DNA from: a virus
Taxonomy: Duplodnaviria > Caudoviricetes
Reading direction: 5' to 3' (one strand)
Length of the DNA stretch: 64,000 nucleotides
Virus record (IMG/VR): IMGVR_UViG_3300010376_000032
Coordinates: 13,173 to 77,172 of that record
Shown: positions 29,366 to 39,137 of the stretch, piece after piece
Numbering within the stretch: position 1 is the stretch's first letter
How the letters are laid out: each line of letters opens with the position of its first letter
The notes under the pieces: model-generated
Told to the model about the DNA's origin: nothing
The model's input: only the letters and a program-made list of their open reading frames with translations
Database searches by the model: none
Program-made: the position numbers and the translations under genes

Positions 29366-30621
29366 TGGACACCGAGTGGTCACTCCTCTCCAAGACGGTG
29401 GAGGTACGAGGCTTCCAGGCCCTGGCCGAGGCCCGCATCACCCAGGCGTTCTTCATGGATCCGGACAACGCCGCTGTCTATGGCTGGATGCTCGATCATT
29501 GGACCAGGTACGGGGAATCACCAGGGGAAGAGGCTTTCCATCACGAGTACCCCGCCGACAACCTGATCGAAACCCCCGAGCCGCTGGCCTACTACATCGA
29601 TGAGCTACGCGACGCCTACCGCTACGGGCGCCTGACCGGCGTCATCGACAGCGCCCGCGACGCCCTCAAGAACCATGACACCGAGATCGCCACCAAGCTC
29701 CTGGCGTCGGGGCTGGAGGCCCTGCATGTCGAGGTGGTGGACCTCCAGGACGACCTGCTCACCGACACCATGGAGAACCGGGTGGCCTACTACGACAACC
29801 TCTCCACCCAGCGCGGCCTTCTCGGTTACCCGACCGGATTCCCCACCATGGACCGGGCCACCAACGGCCTACAGAAGGGGCAGTTGGTCACCCTGACTGG
29901 GCTGCAAAAGAAGAAGAAGTCCATGCTGCTCATGGTCATGAACATCGCCGCCCACCGGGCCGGTGCCCGCACCTTGTTCGCCAGCTTTGAGATGTCCAAC
30001 ACCGAGCAGGCCACCCGCCACGATGCCCTCCGCGCCGGGATCAGCCTGACCCGGTTGCAGAAGGGTGAGCACACCCCCGACGAGCGCCAGAAGCTCATCC
30101 GCATGATGCACGAACTCGACGGCATGCAGCCCCTGGTGCTGGTCTACGACCCGGCCAGTTCCACCACGGTGTCGGCCATCGCCGCCAAGATCGCCCAGCA
30201 CAAGCCGGACGTGGTGTTTATCGACGGCACCTACATGATGGACGCCGAGGGGGTGCAGGCCGAACCCGGCTCGCCGCAGGCCCTGACCTCGATCACGCGG
30301 TCGCTCAAGCGACTGGCCCAGCGGTCGAACATCCCGATCTGCCAGACCACCCAGTCCCTGACCTGGAAGGCCAAGCGGGGCCTGACGCTCGACTCCATCG
30401 GCTACTCCTCCAGCTTCGCCCAGGACAGCGACGTGATCTTCGGGGTGGAGGAGATCAAGGAGGACGGCGAGGTCAACGATCGCGAGATGCTGCTGCGGAT
30501 CATCGCCAGCCGGAACTGCCCCCGCACCGACGTACGCCTGGCCGTCGACCTCGACCGGGGCACCATCATCGAGACAGAAGAAGTAGCCACGAACTATGAG
30601 GCGGACGACGGTCTTGATTGA
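29365..30621 (+). CDS. dnaB: DnaB-like replicative helicase
   Basis: GYPTGFPTMD, SFEMS, VFIDGTY, SRNC; Walker A variant GLQKKKKS. Confidence 0.85.
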   Translation: MDTEWSLLSKTVEVRGFQALAEARITQAFFMDPDNAAVYGWMLDHWTRYGESPGEEAFHHEYPADNLIETPEPLAYYIDELRDAYRYGRLTGVIDSARDALKNHDTEIATKLLASGLEALHVEVVDLQDDLLTDTMENRVAYYDNLSTQRGLLGYPTGFPTMDRATNGLQKGQLVTLTGLQKKKKSMLLMVMNIAAHRAGARTLFASFEMSNTEQATRHDALRAGISLTRLQKGEHTPDERQKLIRMMHELDGMQPLVLVYDPASSTTVSAIAAKIAQHKPDVVFIDGTYMMDAEGVQAEPGSPQALTSITRSLKRLAQRSNIPICQTTQSLTWKAKRGLTLDSIGYSSSFAQDSDVIFGVEEIKEDGEVNDREMLLRIIASRNCPRTDVRLAVDLDRGTIIETEEVATNYEADDGLD

Positions 30622-31495
30622 AGATCTGCTTGACGAAATCGGTGTCGAGGACATCCGGCCCCTGGGCGAGGAGGTCCAGGCCCGCTGCCCCCTGCACGAG
30701 AAGCGCACCGGGGAGCGCGAGCACCGGCCCGACCATTGGTCCGTCAACCGGCGCTCCGGCGCCCACCACTGCTTCTCCTGCGAGTACTCCGGCAGCCTGA
30801 CCCGGCTGATCATGGACTTGACCGGCATGGGCCTGTGGGAGGCCCACCAGATGCTGCGGCACTTCGACGTGGAGTTGGGTGGCATCGAGGAGGCGCCCTG
30901 GGAGCCGCCGGTCACGGCCACCGTCGAGCGCCGCCTGGAGGACTTTGATCTACCCCCCACCCGGGTGCTGAAGCGGCGCAAGATCACGGTCGAGTCCGCC
31001 CTGCGCTACCGGCTCAAGTGGGATCACGATGAGTCCGCCTGGGTCATCCCCATCATTTCCCCCACTGGGGAAACCTGGGGCTGGCAGGCCAAGTTCCCCG
31101 ATCGGATCCGCAACTACCCACCCGGCATCAAGAAGGGGCGCACCCTGTTCGGCCTCGACGTGCTTCGCGCCAGCCACGTCGTCCTGGTGGAGAGTCCGCT
31201 CGACTGCGCCTACCTGGACAGCATCGACGTGCCCGCCGTCGCCGCCTTCGGCTGCCAGATCTCCGATCGCCAGATGAAGCTGCTCATCGAGCGTTGCGAT
31301 CAGGTCATCCTGGCCCTGGACAACGACAAGGCCGGGATAGCCGAGACGCGCCGCCTCTTGGACGAGAAGTGGCACCATCGGCTGCCCATCCTGGTCTTCG
31401 ACTACGCCAGTCACAAGGGCAAGGATCCTGGCGAACTGTCTCCCCACCAGGTGGCCAACGGCATCGAGGACGCCGCCTTAGCCTCGTTCTGGTGA
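30596..31495 (+). CDS. dnaG: DNA primase (CHC2 zinc finger + TOPRIM)
   Basis: CPLH...CFSC; VLVESPLD; LALDND. Confidence 0.85.
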   Translation: MRRTTVLIEDLLDEIGVEDIRPLGEEVQARCPLHEKRTGEREHRPDHWSVNRRSGAHHCFSCEYSGSLTRLIMDLTGMGLWEAHQMLRHFDVELGGIEEAPWEPPVTATVERRLEDFDLPPTRVLKRRKITVESALRYRLKWDHDESAWVIPIISPTGETWGWQAKFPDRIRNYPPGIKKGRTLFGLDVLRASHVVLVESPLDCAYLDSIDVPAVAAFGCQISDRQMKLLIERCDQVILALDNDKAGIAETRRLLDEKWHHRLPILVFDYASHKGKDPGELSPHQVANGIEDAALASFW

Positions 31496-31518
31496 GATGA
31501 CCAAGAACGGGGACAGCC

Positions 31519-31707
31519 ATGAACCAACGGACGGCAATGCTGGGACTGGTCGTTATTGGAGTGATCCTGGTCGTTGGCGGGGTCATTGTCGCCATCACTG
31601 GCACTGACGGCCCCGAGTGGCTGGGCAAGGCCATAGCCATCGTCGTCGGGGCGTTGGTAGCACTGGCTGGTGGGTCCACCATCATTCACCACAAGGATTC
31701 AGATTGA
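31519..31707 (+). CDS. Small two-TM membrane protein
   Basis: Two hydrophobic segments; inserted between primase and helicase. Confidence 0.6.
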   Translation: MNQRTAMLGLVVIGVILVVGGVIVAITGTDGPEWLGKAIAIVVGALVALAGGSTIIHHKDSD

Positions 31708-33275
31708 CCTTCAAGGGCAGCCTGTACCCCTTCCAGGAGGAGGCGGTGCAGAAGATGATCGACATGCAGCACCTTTTGGTCGCCTACGAGATGGGCCTGG
31801 GAAAAACGGTGCTGACGATCGCGGCCATCGAGAACCTGATTGATGATGGAAAAATCGGCGGGGGATTCATCGTCTGCCCCGCCTCAATTAAGTTGCAGTG
31901 GCGCCGCATGATCGAGGAGTTCGCGCCAGAGGCCAGCGTGATCGTGGTGAGTGGTGACGCCAACCGGCGTGAGCGCCAGTACCGGGAGTACAACTCGGGC
32001 GGCGCCGAATACCTGGTGGTGAATCCCGAGCAACTCGTCAACGACTGGAACATCGTCCGGAAGCTGCCCCGCGACTTCATCGTGGCTGACGAAGTGCAAT
32101 GGGCCAAGAACTTCAAGCCACAGCGGTCGAAGAAGCTGAAGCGGCTGCGGGCCACCTACCAGTGGGGCCTGACCGGTCAACCCGTCGAGAACCGGGCCGA
32201 AGAGATGTTCTCAATTATGCAGTGGGTTAACCCCGGTGTCCTGGGCGACTTCAAGAACTTCGACACCGCCTTCATCAAGCGCGATAGCTGGGGCCGGGTG
32301 AAGCTGTACCGCAACCTACCCACCCTGCACCGCCTGGTCAGCGACCACATGGTGCGCCGCACCCGGGAAGAGGTCAAGGACCAGCTACCCGCCGTCACCG
32401 AGCAGACCCTGCTGATCGAGATGGACCTGGAAGGCGCCCGCCTCTACCGGCGCATGGTGCATGACCTGACGAACGACCTGCAGGAGGCCATGCAGACCTG
32501 GGGCAACTTCTCGCTCGACGGGTTCTACCGGGGCGAGGAGCAGGGCGAGGTCCGCGGCCGGATCATGTCGAAGCTGGTGTGCATGCGGATGCTGTGCGAC
32601 CACCCCGAGCTACTGCGGATCTCGGCTGCCCACTACCGGGGGGTACTACCCGGCACCCGGCAGGGCAGCCAGTACGCCGACGAGCTTCAGCAGGCGGGCG
32701 TCCTGGAGCGTTGTAAGCGGACCCCCAAGCTGGACGCGGTTGTAGGGACCAAGGACAGTCCCGGTCTTATATGCGACATCCTGGACGCAGATCCGCGCAA
32801 CAAGATCGTTTTCTTCTCCTTCTTCAGGGACATGCTCGACCTGGTCGCCGCCGCCACCGCGAACGTGACCAAGTCGGTGCTCTTCACCGGGGCGGTGTCC
32901 ACCAAGGCCCGCGACGCGGCCAAGCAGCAGTTCGCCACCGACCCCGAGACACGGCTGTTCCTCTCCAGTGACGCCGGGGGCATCGGCCTGGACCTGCCCC
33001 AGGCCAACTACTTGATCTCTTGCGACCTGCCCTGGTCTGCGGGCGCTTATGCCCAGCGCCAGGCCCGAATCATACGTCTATCATCTGATTTCCCTCAGGT
33101 GACGCTCCTGTCCACCCAGATCTCGGGCAGCATCGAGGAGTACCAGGACGGCCTGCTCCGGCAGAAGAAGAAGGTGGCCGACGCCGTGGTGGACGGCAAG
33201 GGCATCTCCCCGAAGGGGCGCCTGACCCTCGATCTACAGTCCCTCTCCGAGTACCTTCGGACTCATACGGTATGA
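31704..33275 (+). CDS. SNF2-family helicase
   Basis: EMGLGKT, ADEV, LTGQPVEN, GGIGLDL, QRQARIIR; TTG start at overlap. Confidence 0.85.
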   Translation: MTFKGSLYPFQEEAVQKMIDMQHLLVAYEMGLGKTVLTIAAIENLIDDGKIGGGFIVCPASIKLQWRRMIEEFAPEASVIVVSGDANRRERQYREYNSGGAEYLVVNPEQLVNDWNIVRKLPRDFIVADEVQWAKNFKPQRSKKLKRLRATYQWGLTGQPVENRAEEMFSIMQWVNPGVLGDFKNFDTAFIKRDSWGRVKLYRNLPTLHRLVSDHMVRRTREEVKDQLPAVTEQTLLIEMDLEGARLYRRMVHDLTNDLQEAMQTWGNFSLDGFYRGEEQGEVRGRIMSKLVCMRMLCDHPELLRISAAHYRGVLPGTRQGSQYADELQQAGVLERCKRTPKLDAVVGTKDSPGLICDILDADPRNKIVFFSFFRDMLDLVAAATANVTKSVLFTGAVSTKARDAAKQQFATDPETRLFLSSDAGGIGLDLPQANYLISCDLPWSAGAYAQRQARIIRLSSDFPQVTLLSTQISGSIEEYQDGLLRQKKKVADAVVDGKGISPKGRLTLDLQSLSEYLRTHTV

Positions 33276-33487
33276 AGACCGTACATCGGGATCCCCGATA
33301 CCCCCCGCCCTCATACGTGACCGACATCCCCTTCCACAGCAAGCCCCTGAAGGAGCTATACGCCATCGTGGATGACATGAACCTCCCAACAACTCGCTAT
33401 CAGGTTCAAGCTGCTCAGGAGTTGACCCGCAGAATGAAGCACTACATGGCGGTGTTGGAGGCACTGGCGGTGTTGGAGGCACTGTGA
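33272..33487 (+). CDS. Hypothetical protein
   Basis: ATGA-coupled; ends in duplicated AVLEAL. Confidence 0.5.
   Translation: MKTVHRDPRYPPPSYVTDIPFHSKPLKELYAIVDDMNLPTTRYQVQAAQELTRRMKHYMAVLEALAVLEAL
33447..33483. repeat. Perfect 18-bp tandem duplication
   Basis: GGCGGTGTTGGAGGCACT x2. Confidence 0.9.
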
Positions 33488-33831
33488 GGTCAGGCCCCCA
33501 GTACCTCATCTGCGGCAGTCACCTGACCGATGACACCCTGGTCCTCCGCATGATCCTGGAGGGCCTCAACACCCAGGCCCGCCACTGGAGCGAGACGATC
33601 ACTATCCAGGACGACGGCAGCCTGAACGGCCTGGAGTTTGAGGTGGAGCAGTTCAAGTACCTCAAGCACCGCCCGGTTGACGGCTGGGAAGACCCCAATA
33701 TCGTGCTGTGTTTCATGGACCATTTGAGCCAGAATCGCGCCTCAGAGCGGCTCCTGTCGGTCGCAGCAACTGAACACCGTCCTGCCTTCATCATCAGCAC
33801 CTACGACGGCAACGAGAGGATTGCTCCGTAG
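33484..33831 (+). CDS. Hypothetical protein (small Rossmann/SLOG-like?)
   Basis: YLICGS...VLCFMD pattern; GTGA-coupled. Confidence 0.45.
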   Translation: MRSGPQYLICGSHLTDDTLVLRMILEGLNTQARHWSETITIQDDGSLNGLEFEVEQFKYLKHRPVDGWEDPNIVLCFMDHLSQNRASERLLSVAATEHRPAFIISTYDGNERIAP

Positions 33832-33868
33832 CCCATAGGGCGTCGCGCCGCCTGGATACCCTGCATGT

Positions 33869-34333
33869 ATGCCCCGGCGTTTGGCCCGAGAAGACCTGGA
33901 CCTGAGCGCACTTCGCAAAGAAGTAGCTGCCTGGTATGCCCTGAAACAAGAAGCCGCTCTGCTCAGCAATGAGTTGGATAAACGGAAGAAGAGACTGCAG
34001 GGCATTCTAGAAAAATACGGAGAGACTGATCCGTCGACTGGTTCCATTTTTCTGGACCTGGGCGAGCCGGTCGGGTCCGAGCGCATCAGCCAACTGAAGA
34101 ACCAGTGCGCCACCCGGCAGGTAATGAACGAGGAGATGGCTGAGGAGGTTCTCTCCAAGAAGGGCCTCTGGGAGGAGATGACCGATCTCATTCGGGTCAT
34201 CGATGACAGCCGGGTGCTGGCCGCGTACTACGACAAGCGGATCACCGACGACGAGTTGGCCAAGATGATCCACGAGAAGGTGGTCTACAGCTTCTTCGTG
34301 CTCGATGACGCCGGGAAGCCGGTGCGGGCGTGA
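33869..34333 (+). CDS. Hypothetical coiled-coil protein
   Basis: 154 aa. Confidence 0.55.
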   Translation: MPRRLAREDLDLSALRKEVAAWYALKQEAALLSNELDKRKKRLQGILEKYGETDPSTGSIFLDLGEPVGSERISQLKNQCATRQVMNEEMAEEVLSKKGLWEEMTDLIRVIDDSRVLAAYYDKRITDDELAKMIHEKVVYSFFVLDDAGKPVRA

Positions 34334-34827
34334 GCGGATCCGGCGCTCTGTGCCGCCCCAACTACGAACACGAACTCATGGCCGCGTTCGGCACGCTGCA
34401 GGATGAGTACTACCCGGGCAGCAAGCAGAAGCGCCGGGAGTCGCGCCAGGCCCGCCGCGAGCGGCTGGTGGATGAGCGCCGTGCCGCCCGGGAGGAGGAG
34501 GGCTGGGACGCCCACCCCAAGAAGGCTGCCATCAACGGGGTCAGCATGGAGTTCTTTCCGGTTGGCGCCCTGGCCAAAGCCCTGGGCCGCGACTCGGTGA
34601 CGATTCGCGCCTGGATGCGGAAGGGCTGGCTGCCCCGCAACACCTTTCAGACCCCGGCAGTGATCGGCTCCCGGGGCAATGCCTCCCGGCGCCTGTGGAG
34701 CCGTACCCAGATCGAGGGCATCGTCGCCATCGCCAGAGAGGAGGGCCTGCTACTCAGTCACCCACCCCGTATCCAGACCACCAACTTCACCCAGCGCGTG
34801 TTCGCAGCGTGGAAGACCTGGCGATGA
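34330..34827 (+). CDS. MerR-like winged-HTH DNA-binding protein
   Basis: VGALAKALGRDSVTIRAWMRKGWLP...RRLWS. Confidence 0.7.
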   Translation: MSGSGALCRPNYEHELMAAFGTLQDEYYPGSKQKRRESRQARRERLVDERRAAREEEGWDAHPKKAAINGVSMEFFPVGALAKALGRDSVTIRAWMRKGWLPRNTFQTPAVIGSRGNASRRLWSRTQIEGIVAIAREEGLLLSHPPRIQTTNFTQRVFAAWKTWR

Positions 34828-35219
34828 AGTTGACCAAACACATCCGCTACCTGGTCCGCGTCCGTGATTACGAGACGGTTCAGGTCGAGGTGGGGGCCGA
34901 GGCTGATCACCATGACCTGGGCTACTCCGATCAGGAGTGGGCGCAGGCCACGCCTCAGCTACGGCACAACGAAACCGATCATCTGGAGCTTGTCGTCATC
35001 TCCGAGGTCGAGAAGCTCGCGCGCACCGAGTTGGAGATCGTTGCCGAATGGAGCGAGATCTCACCCAACCTTGCCGAAGACTTCCTGTCTGAACCCACCA
35101 TTGCCACCATGCAAGAACAAAGGAGCAACCATGCCCGAACCGAGAAGACTGGTCCGCCCCCGACCAGCCGAAGAATACGACCGCGAGGAGGAGGCCCCAC
35201 GTCGCCGTCTGCGGCGTGA
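34824..35219 (+). CDS. Hypothetical protein
   Basis: ATGA-coupled start MKLTKHIRY... Confidence 0.5.
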   Translation: MKLTKHIRYLVRVRDYETVQVEVGAEADHHDLGYSDQEWAQATPQLRHNETDHLELVVISEVEKLARTELEIVAEWSEISPNLAEDFLSEPTIATMQEQRSNHARTEKTGPPPTSRRIRPRGGGPTSPSAA

Positions 35220-35862
35220 GGAGCCGCCAACCCAACTACGCCACTCCCGACCCCAGCGAGAAGAGGCCGACGACGACGCCGGTCTGGCCGTGGCGCCCGT
35301 CGCCAAGGGCTGGGGCGGCTACAAACGCACCAAGGCCAACGCCCCCTCCCAGTTCACCAAGCTCTTCAAGGTCACCGACGACGAGCAACTAATAATGTTC
35401 TGCGAGGACGGACCGTATGCATCATTTTTGATGCACTGGTGCGATTGGGTGCCGCGGGGTGAACGCATGTCCTATGTCTGTCTGCAGGAGCACTGCCCCC
35501 TCGATGAGGTGGACCCCAAGCCCCAGGCCCGGGTGCGCTTCAACATCCTCGACTGCAATGGCGACACCCCCATCCTGGTCACCTTTGAATGTGGTGTCTC
35601 CGTGACCGACACCCTGGACAAGTACGCTAAGGACGATCCGTTGGCTGGGCGGTACTTCGCCGTGCAGATGACGGGCCAGAAGAACAACCGCCGTACACAG
35701 ATCCGTCCCATAAAAATCCGTGACCTCAAAGAGGACTGGGATTTTGCTGCGCTCTCCGAAGAGGACATCGCCAAGTTTGACGATCGCCTCTGGGATGAAA
35801 CCTCGTTGGAAGTCAACACCAGGGTCGAGCTACAGAAAATAGCCGACGCCTTCAACGAATAA
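35131..35862 (+). CDS. Single-stranded DNA-binding protein (gp32-like)
   Basis: AAGGAG RBS; HW...YVC...CPL; acidic tail; upstream of PolA. Confidence 0.6.
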   Translation: MPEPRRLVRPRPAEEYDREEEAPRRRLRREEPPTQLRHSRPQREEADDDAGLAVAPVAKGWGGYKRTKANAPSQFTKLFKVTDDEQLIMFCEDGPYASFLMHWCDWVPRGERMSYVCLQEHCPLDEVDPKPQARVRFNILDCNGDTPILVTFECGVSVTDTLDKYAKDDPLAGRYFAVQMTGQKNNRRTQIRPIKIRDLKEDWDFAALSEEDIAKFDDRLWDETSLEVNTRVELQKIADAFNE

Positions 35863-35876
35863 GGCTCTGGCCGGGG

Positions 35877-38249
35877 GTGCCGTCGCAAGCCGCCACCGTG
35901 ACCAGAAAGGGAGAGAGGCTGGACCCGCCCCCAGCCTCTCTCCTCCATGGGCTGAAGTGTGACATTGCCTGGATAACACCGGGGAGAACAGAGGGCGTCT
36001 GGAACTATGGGCCAGGGGCGCAACATCGGCGCTGCGTCTTGGCCCTGGACCATGCAGGTGACCACGACACCGGAGAAGGGCAACGAGACAGGAACGAGGT
36101 TCGCCGCTCCAGATATAAGTGGGGGAAGCGCACCTTCACCGACGAGCAGGTTGCACGATCCGAAGCCATAAGAGCCAAGTGGAACCGGATGGGGCAGCCC
36201 CAGCCGTCCGATGCCGTCCGCTCCTACGTCGCGTTTGAAGCCTGGGTGGAGGGCCTGGACGAGAAAAATCCTCCACGGGAGCAGGGCGGCAACGCCGTTC
36301 CCACCATCACCACCCTCGACCAGCTAAAAGAAGTGGTGGACATCTACACGAATTTCTCCGAGTTCGCATTCGATGTCGAGACGCGAGGCAACCGGAGAGT
36401 CCACGGGCTGCAACCGGGGCGCCGGGTGCTATCAAGATACGGAGAACAGACCACTCCGTGCCTGGCCTGCGGCACTCCCCTGCCCACCAGGCGGCGGGCC
36501 TACTGCTCCGACCTGTGCCGCAAGGCCGCAGACAAGGACAAGCCCGCCCTTGACGCCAGGACCAACGAGGTCTGGTGTATTTCTCTCGCTGGCCCTGGCC
36601 GTGCTGATGTCATACCCATCGGGCATCCCGACAAACGCCAGCAGCTACGCCGCGCCGATGTCTTCAACGCCCTGGAGCCGTTGTTCTTCTCGGAGCGAAA
36701 GAAGATCGGCCACAACGTGGGGTTCGACCTCCTGTCCGTATCCAAGTACTACGACGGCGGGATCCCACCACCGCCTTATGGCGACGTGATGACCGCCGCC
36801 TTTCTTCTGAACGAGAACCTGGGTAGCTACAAGCTGGGGGTGCTCAGCCAGCGCTACTGGGGCTACACCTACAGCGAGAAGCTGGGTGAAGAGGCGTACA
36901 ACGTGGAGTGGCGGCGGGCCATGCGGTACTCGATGCTCGACGCCCGCAATGCCTGGCTGCTCTGGTACAAACTGGCCCCCAGGTTGAAAGGAAAGCTGTC
37001 GGAGCTTTTCACCCTGGAGATGCAGGTGCTTCGGGTACTACTCGACATGCGGTGTAGTGGGGCCTACGTGGATGTGGAAGGTTTCCGCAGGCTGAGGCCC
37101 ATCCTGGAGGAGCAACTACGTGTCCTGGGCGCGGAGATCCAGACCATGGTCGAACCGGTCTGGGACCAGCCCACCCCGCTCAACCTGAACAGCACCCATC
37201 AACTGGGTCACTATTTCTACGACCTCCTCAAGCTGCACCCTCCCAAGTTCACTGAGTCCGGCCTGCGCTCCACCGACGCCGACACCCTGCGGATCCTGGC
37301 CCGCCGTCACAAGGCCCCGGCCAAGATCCTGTCCCACAAGGACGTGTCCAAGCTGCTGTCCACCTACGTGGTCGGGTTCATCCCCACCATCGATGACGAC
37401 TCGCGGATCCGTGCCTCCTTCAACCAGGCCGTGGCCAAGACCGGGCGCCTCTCGTGCTCGCAGCCCAACCTGCAGAACATCCCGGCCCGCTACCGCGAGA
37501 ACACCGAGGGCACCATGATCCGACGCATGTTCGTGGCGCCGCCAGGCAAGGCGCTCATCGTGGCCGACTACAGCCAGATCGAGCTACGCATCCTGGCCCA
37601 CCAGACCAGGGATCCCCGGCTCCTCTACGCCTACACCCATGGTGAGGATCTCCACACCATGACGGCTTCGTTGATCTGGCGCATCCCCATGGACCAGGTG
37701 GACCCCGAGCGACGGGCCATCGCCAAGAACTCCAACTTCAACTTCGCCTTTGAGGGCGGGCCTGGCCGGGTGGTGGCCATGTCAGGCATCCCCATGAACC
37801 AGGCCCAGGAGGTCTACGACGGCTGGCACCGGGCCTACCCGGGTGTGAAGCGTTGGGGTAGGCAGATCAAGCGGTTCTGTTGGGAGCACGGTTACGTCGA
37901 GACGCTCTACGGGCGCAAGCGGCGCTTGCCCGAGATCTCCTCCTCAGACATGAGGGAACGGTCCTATGCCGAACGGCAGGCCGTCAACCATCCCATCCAG
38001 GGCACCGCCGCCGACATCGCCAAGATCGGCATCGTCCAGGTCCACCGGGCGCTGGCCGAGTTCCACGCCACCCTGACCTTGCAGATCCATGACGAATTTG
38101 TCATCGAGTGCGCCGAGGACGAGGTGGAGGACGCCATACCGTTTATCAAGGCCGCGATGGAAGACATCCGGCTGGGGGACCGTCCGGTCCTGGACGTGCC
38201 CCTGGAGGTGAACATCGGAGTGGGCATGAACTGGGCTGAAGCGAAATGA
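35877..38249 (+). CDS. polA: DNA polymerase family A with 3'-5' exonuclease
   Basis: DVETRG, HNVGFD, YSMLD exo motifs; TGRLSCSQPNLQNIP; ADYSQIELR; IHDE. Confidence 0.92.
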   Translation: MPSQAATVTRKGERLDPPPASLLHGLKCDIAWITPGRTEGVWNYGPGAQHRRCVLALDHAGDHDTGEGQRDRNEVRRSRYKWGKRTFTDEQVARSEAIRAKWNRMGQPQPSDAVRSYVAFEAWVEGLDEKNPPREQGGNAVPTITTLDQLKEVVDIYTNFSEFAFDVETRGNRRVHGLQPGRRVLSRYGEQTTPCLACGTPLPTRRRAYCSDLCRKAADKDKPALDARTNEVWCISLAGPGRADVIPIGHPDKRQQLRRADVFNALEPLFFSERKKIGHNVGFDLLSVSKYYDGGIPPPPYGDVMTAAFLLNENLGSYKLGVLSQRYWGYTYSEKLGEEAYNVEWRRAMRYSMLDARNAWLLWYKLAPRLKGKLSELFTLEMQVLRVLLDMRCSGAYVDVEGFRRLRPILEEQLRVLGAEIQTMVEPVWDQPTPLNLNSTHQLGHYFYDLLKLHPPKFTESGLRSTDADTLRILARRHKAPAKILSHKDVSKLLSTYVVGFIPTIDDDSRIRASFNQAVAKTGRLSCSQPNLQNIPARYRENTEGTMIRRMFVAPPGKALIVADYSQIELRILAHQTRDPRLLYAYTHGEDLHTMTASLIWRIPMDQVDPERRAIAKNSNFNFAFEGGPGRVVAMSGIPMNQAQEVYDGWHRAYPGVKRWGRQIKRFCWEHGYVETLYGRKRRLPEISSSDMRERSYAERQAVNHPIQGTAADIAKIGIVQVHRALAEFHATLTLQIHDEFVIECAEDEVEDAIPFIKAAMEDIRLGDRPVLDVPLEVNIGVGMNWAEAK
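35910..35943 (+). terminator. 13-bp stem-loop at the SSB/PolA junction
   Basis: GGAGAGAGGCTGG-N8-CCAGCCTCTCTCC; no U-tract. Confidence 0.45.
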
Positions 38250-38755
38250 GTGACTGGTGGGCCAGGCAGTTGGGTGGGGTAGTACCTACCGCCCCCAGTC
38301 AACAGGAGCGACCACAACCGACTGGGACCGTCTCGTACCCGCAGAAGGCGGTACGGTGGCAGCCACAGTACCCCCCAACCGGACCACGCCAGGAGGTGAC
38401 GGAAGAGGTCCAGCCGGGGGGCAACGGCGACGATAGCTGGCAGCGGGTCCACCGCCAGGGCTTCCTCTCCAAGGCCCCGGCCAGCCTGGGCAAGGATGGC
38501 AAGTGCCCGGGGTGTGGTGGCTCCAACTACTTCCGCCGCAAGGGACCGATGGGCGTGGAGGCCGCGCCGCTCTGCACCGAGTGCGGCTACAACGGCGAGT
38601 ACTTCACCCAGTCGGGCACCCTGCTCAACGCCGTGGGCATGAAATCGTCCGGTCCGACCCAGTTCGCCCGCACCGACAACCCCGAGGCCCAGGCCCACCT
38701 GTGGTCTGACCCTGGCCTGTCGGGCACCGAGTTCAGTTGGAGCAGTGTGAGATAG
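38246..38755 (+). CDS. Zinc-ribbon protein
   Basis: CPGCG...CTECG; ATGA-coupled. Confidence 0.6.
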   Translation: MSDWWARQLGGVVPTAPSQQERPQPTGTVSYPQKAVRWQPQYPPTGPRQEVTEEVQPGGNGDDSWQRVHRQGFLSKAPASLGKDGKCPGCGGSNYFRRKGPMGVEAAPLCTECGYNGEYFTQSGTLLNAVGMKSSGPTQFARTDNPEAQAHLWSDPGLSGTEFSWSSVR

Positions 38756-38763
38756 GAGGGACC

Positions 38764-39015
38764 ATGCCAGGAGGTAAGGATCCAGGCCCGTCCATTAAAA
38801 AACCCGATAGCTACGAGGCTCTGAAAGAGAAGGGTTTTTCCAAGAGCAAAGCGGCTGCCATCTCCAACGCCCAGGCCCAGGGCAAGGGCCGTCGCCATGC
38901 CATGGGCGTCGAGGGCGCGAAGACGCGTGAGTCCGGTGACAAACCCATGAGCAAGAGGGGCGAGGCCAAGCCACAGAAGGCGACACGCAGCTATAACAAG
39001 AAGGAGAACCGCTGA
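38764..39015 (+). CDS. Small basic protein
   Basis: GGAGGG RBS; YEALKEKGFSKSKAAAISNA. Confidence 0.6.
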   Translation: MPGGKDPGPSIKKPDSYEALKEKGFSKSKAAAISNAQAQGKGRRHAMGVEGAKTRESGDKPMSKRGEAKPQKATRSYNKKENR

Positions 39016-39137
39016 TGGCCACCAAGAAGAAGGAGCCGTTCGGAGGTAAGCAGGCCGCGCCGTTCGGCAAGAAGGATGAGGACAAGGACAAGGACGACAA
39101 GGCCAAGAAGGCCCCGGCCAAGAAGTCCAGAAAATAG
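39015..39137 (+). CDS. Lys-rich micro-protein (40 aa, not in track)
   Basis: TGATG coupling; MATKKKEPFGGKQAAPFGKK...KAPAKKSRK. Confidence 0.55.
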   Translation: MATKKKEPFGGKQAAPFGKKDEDKDKDDKAKKAPAKKSRK

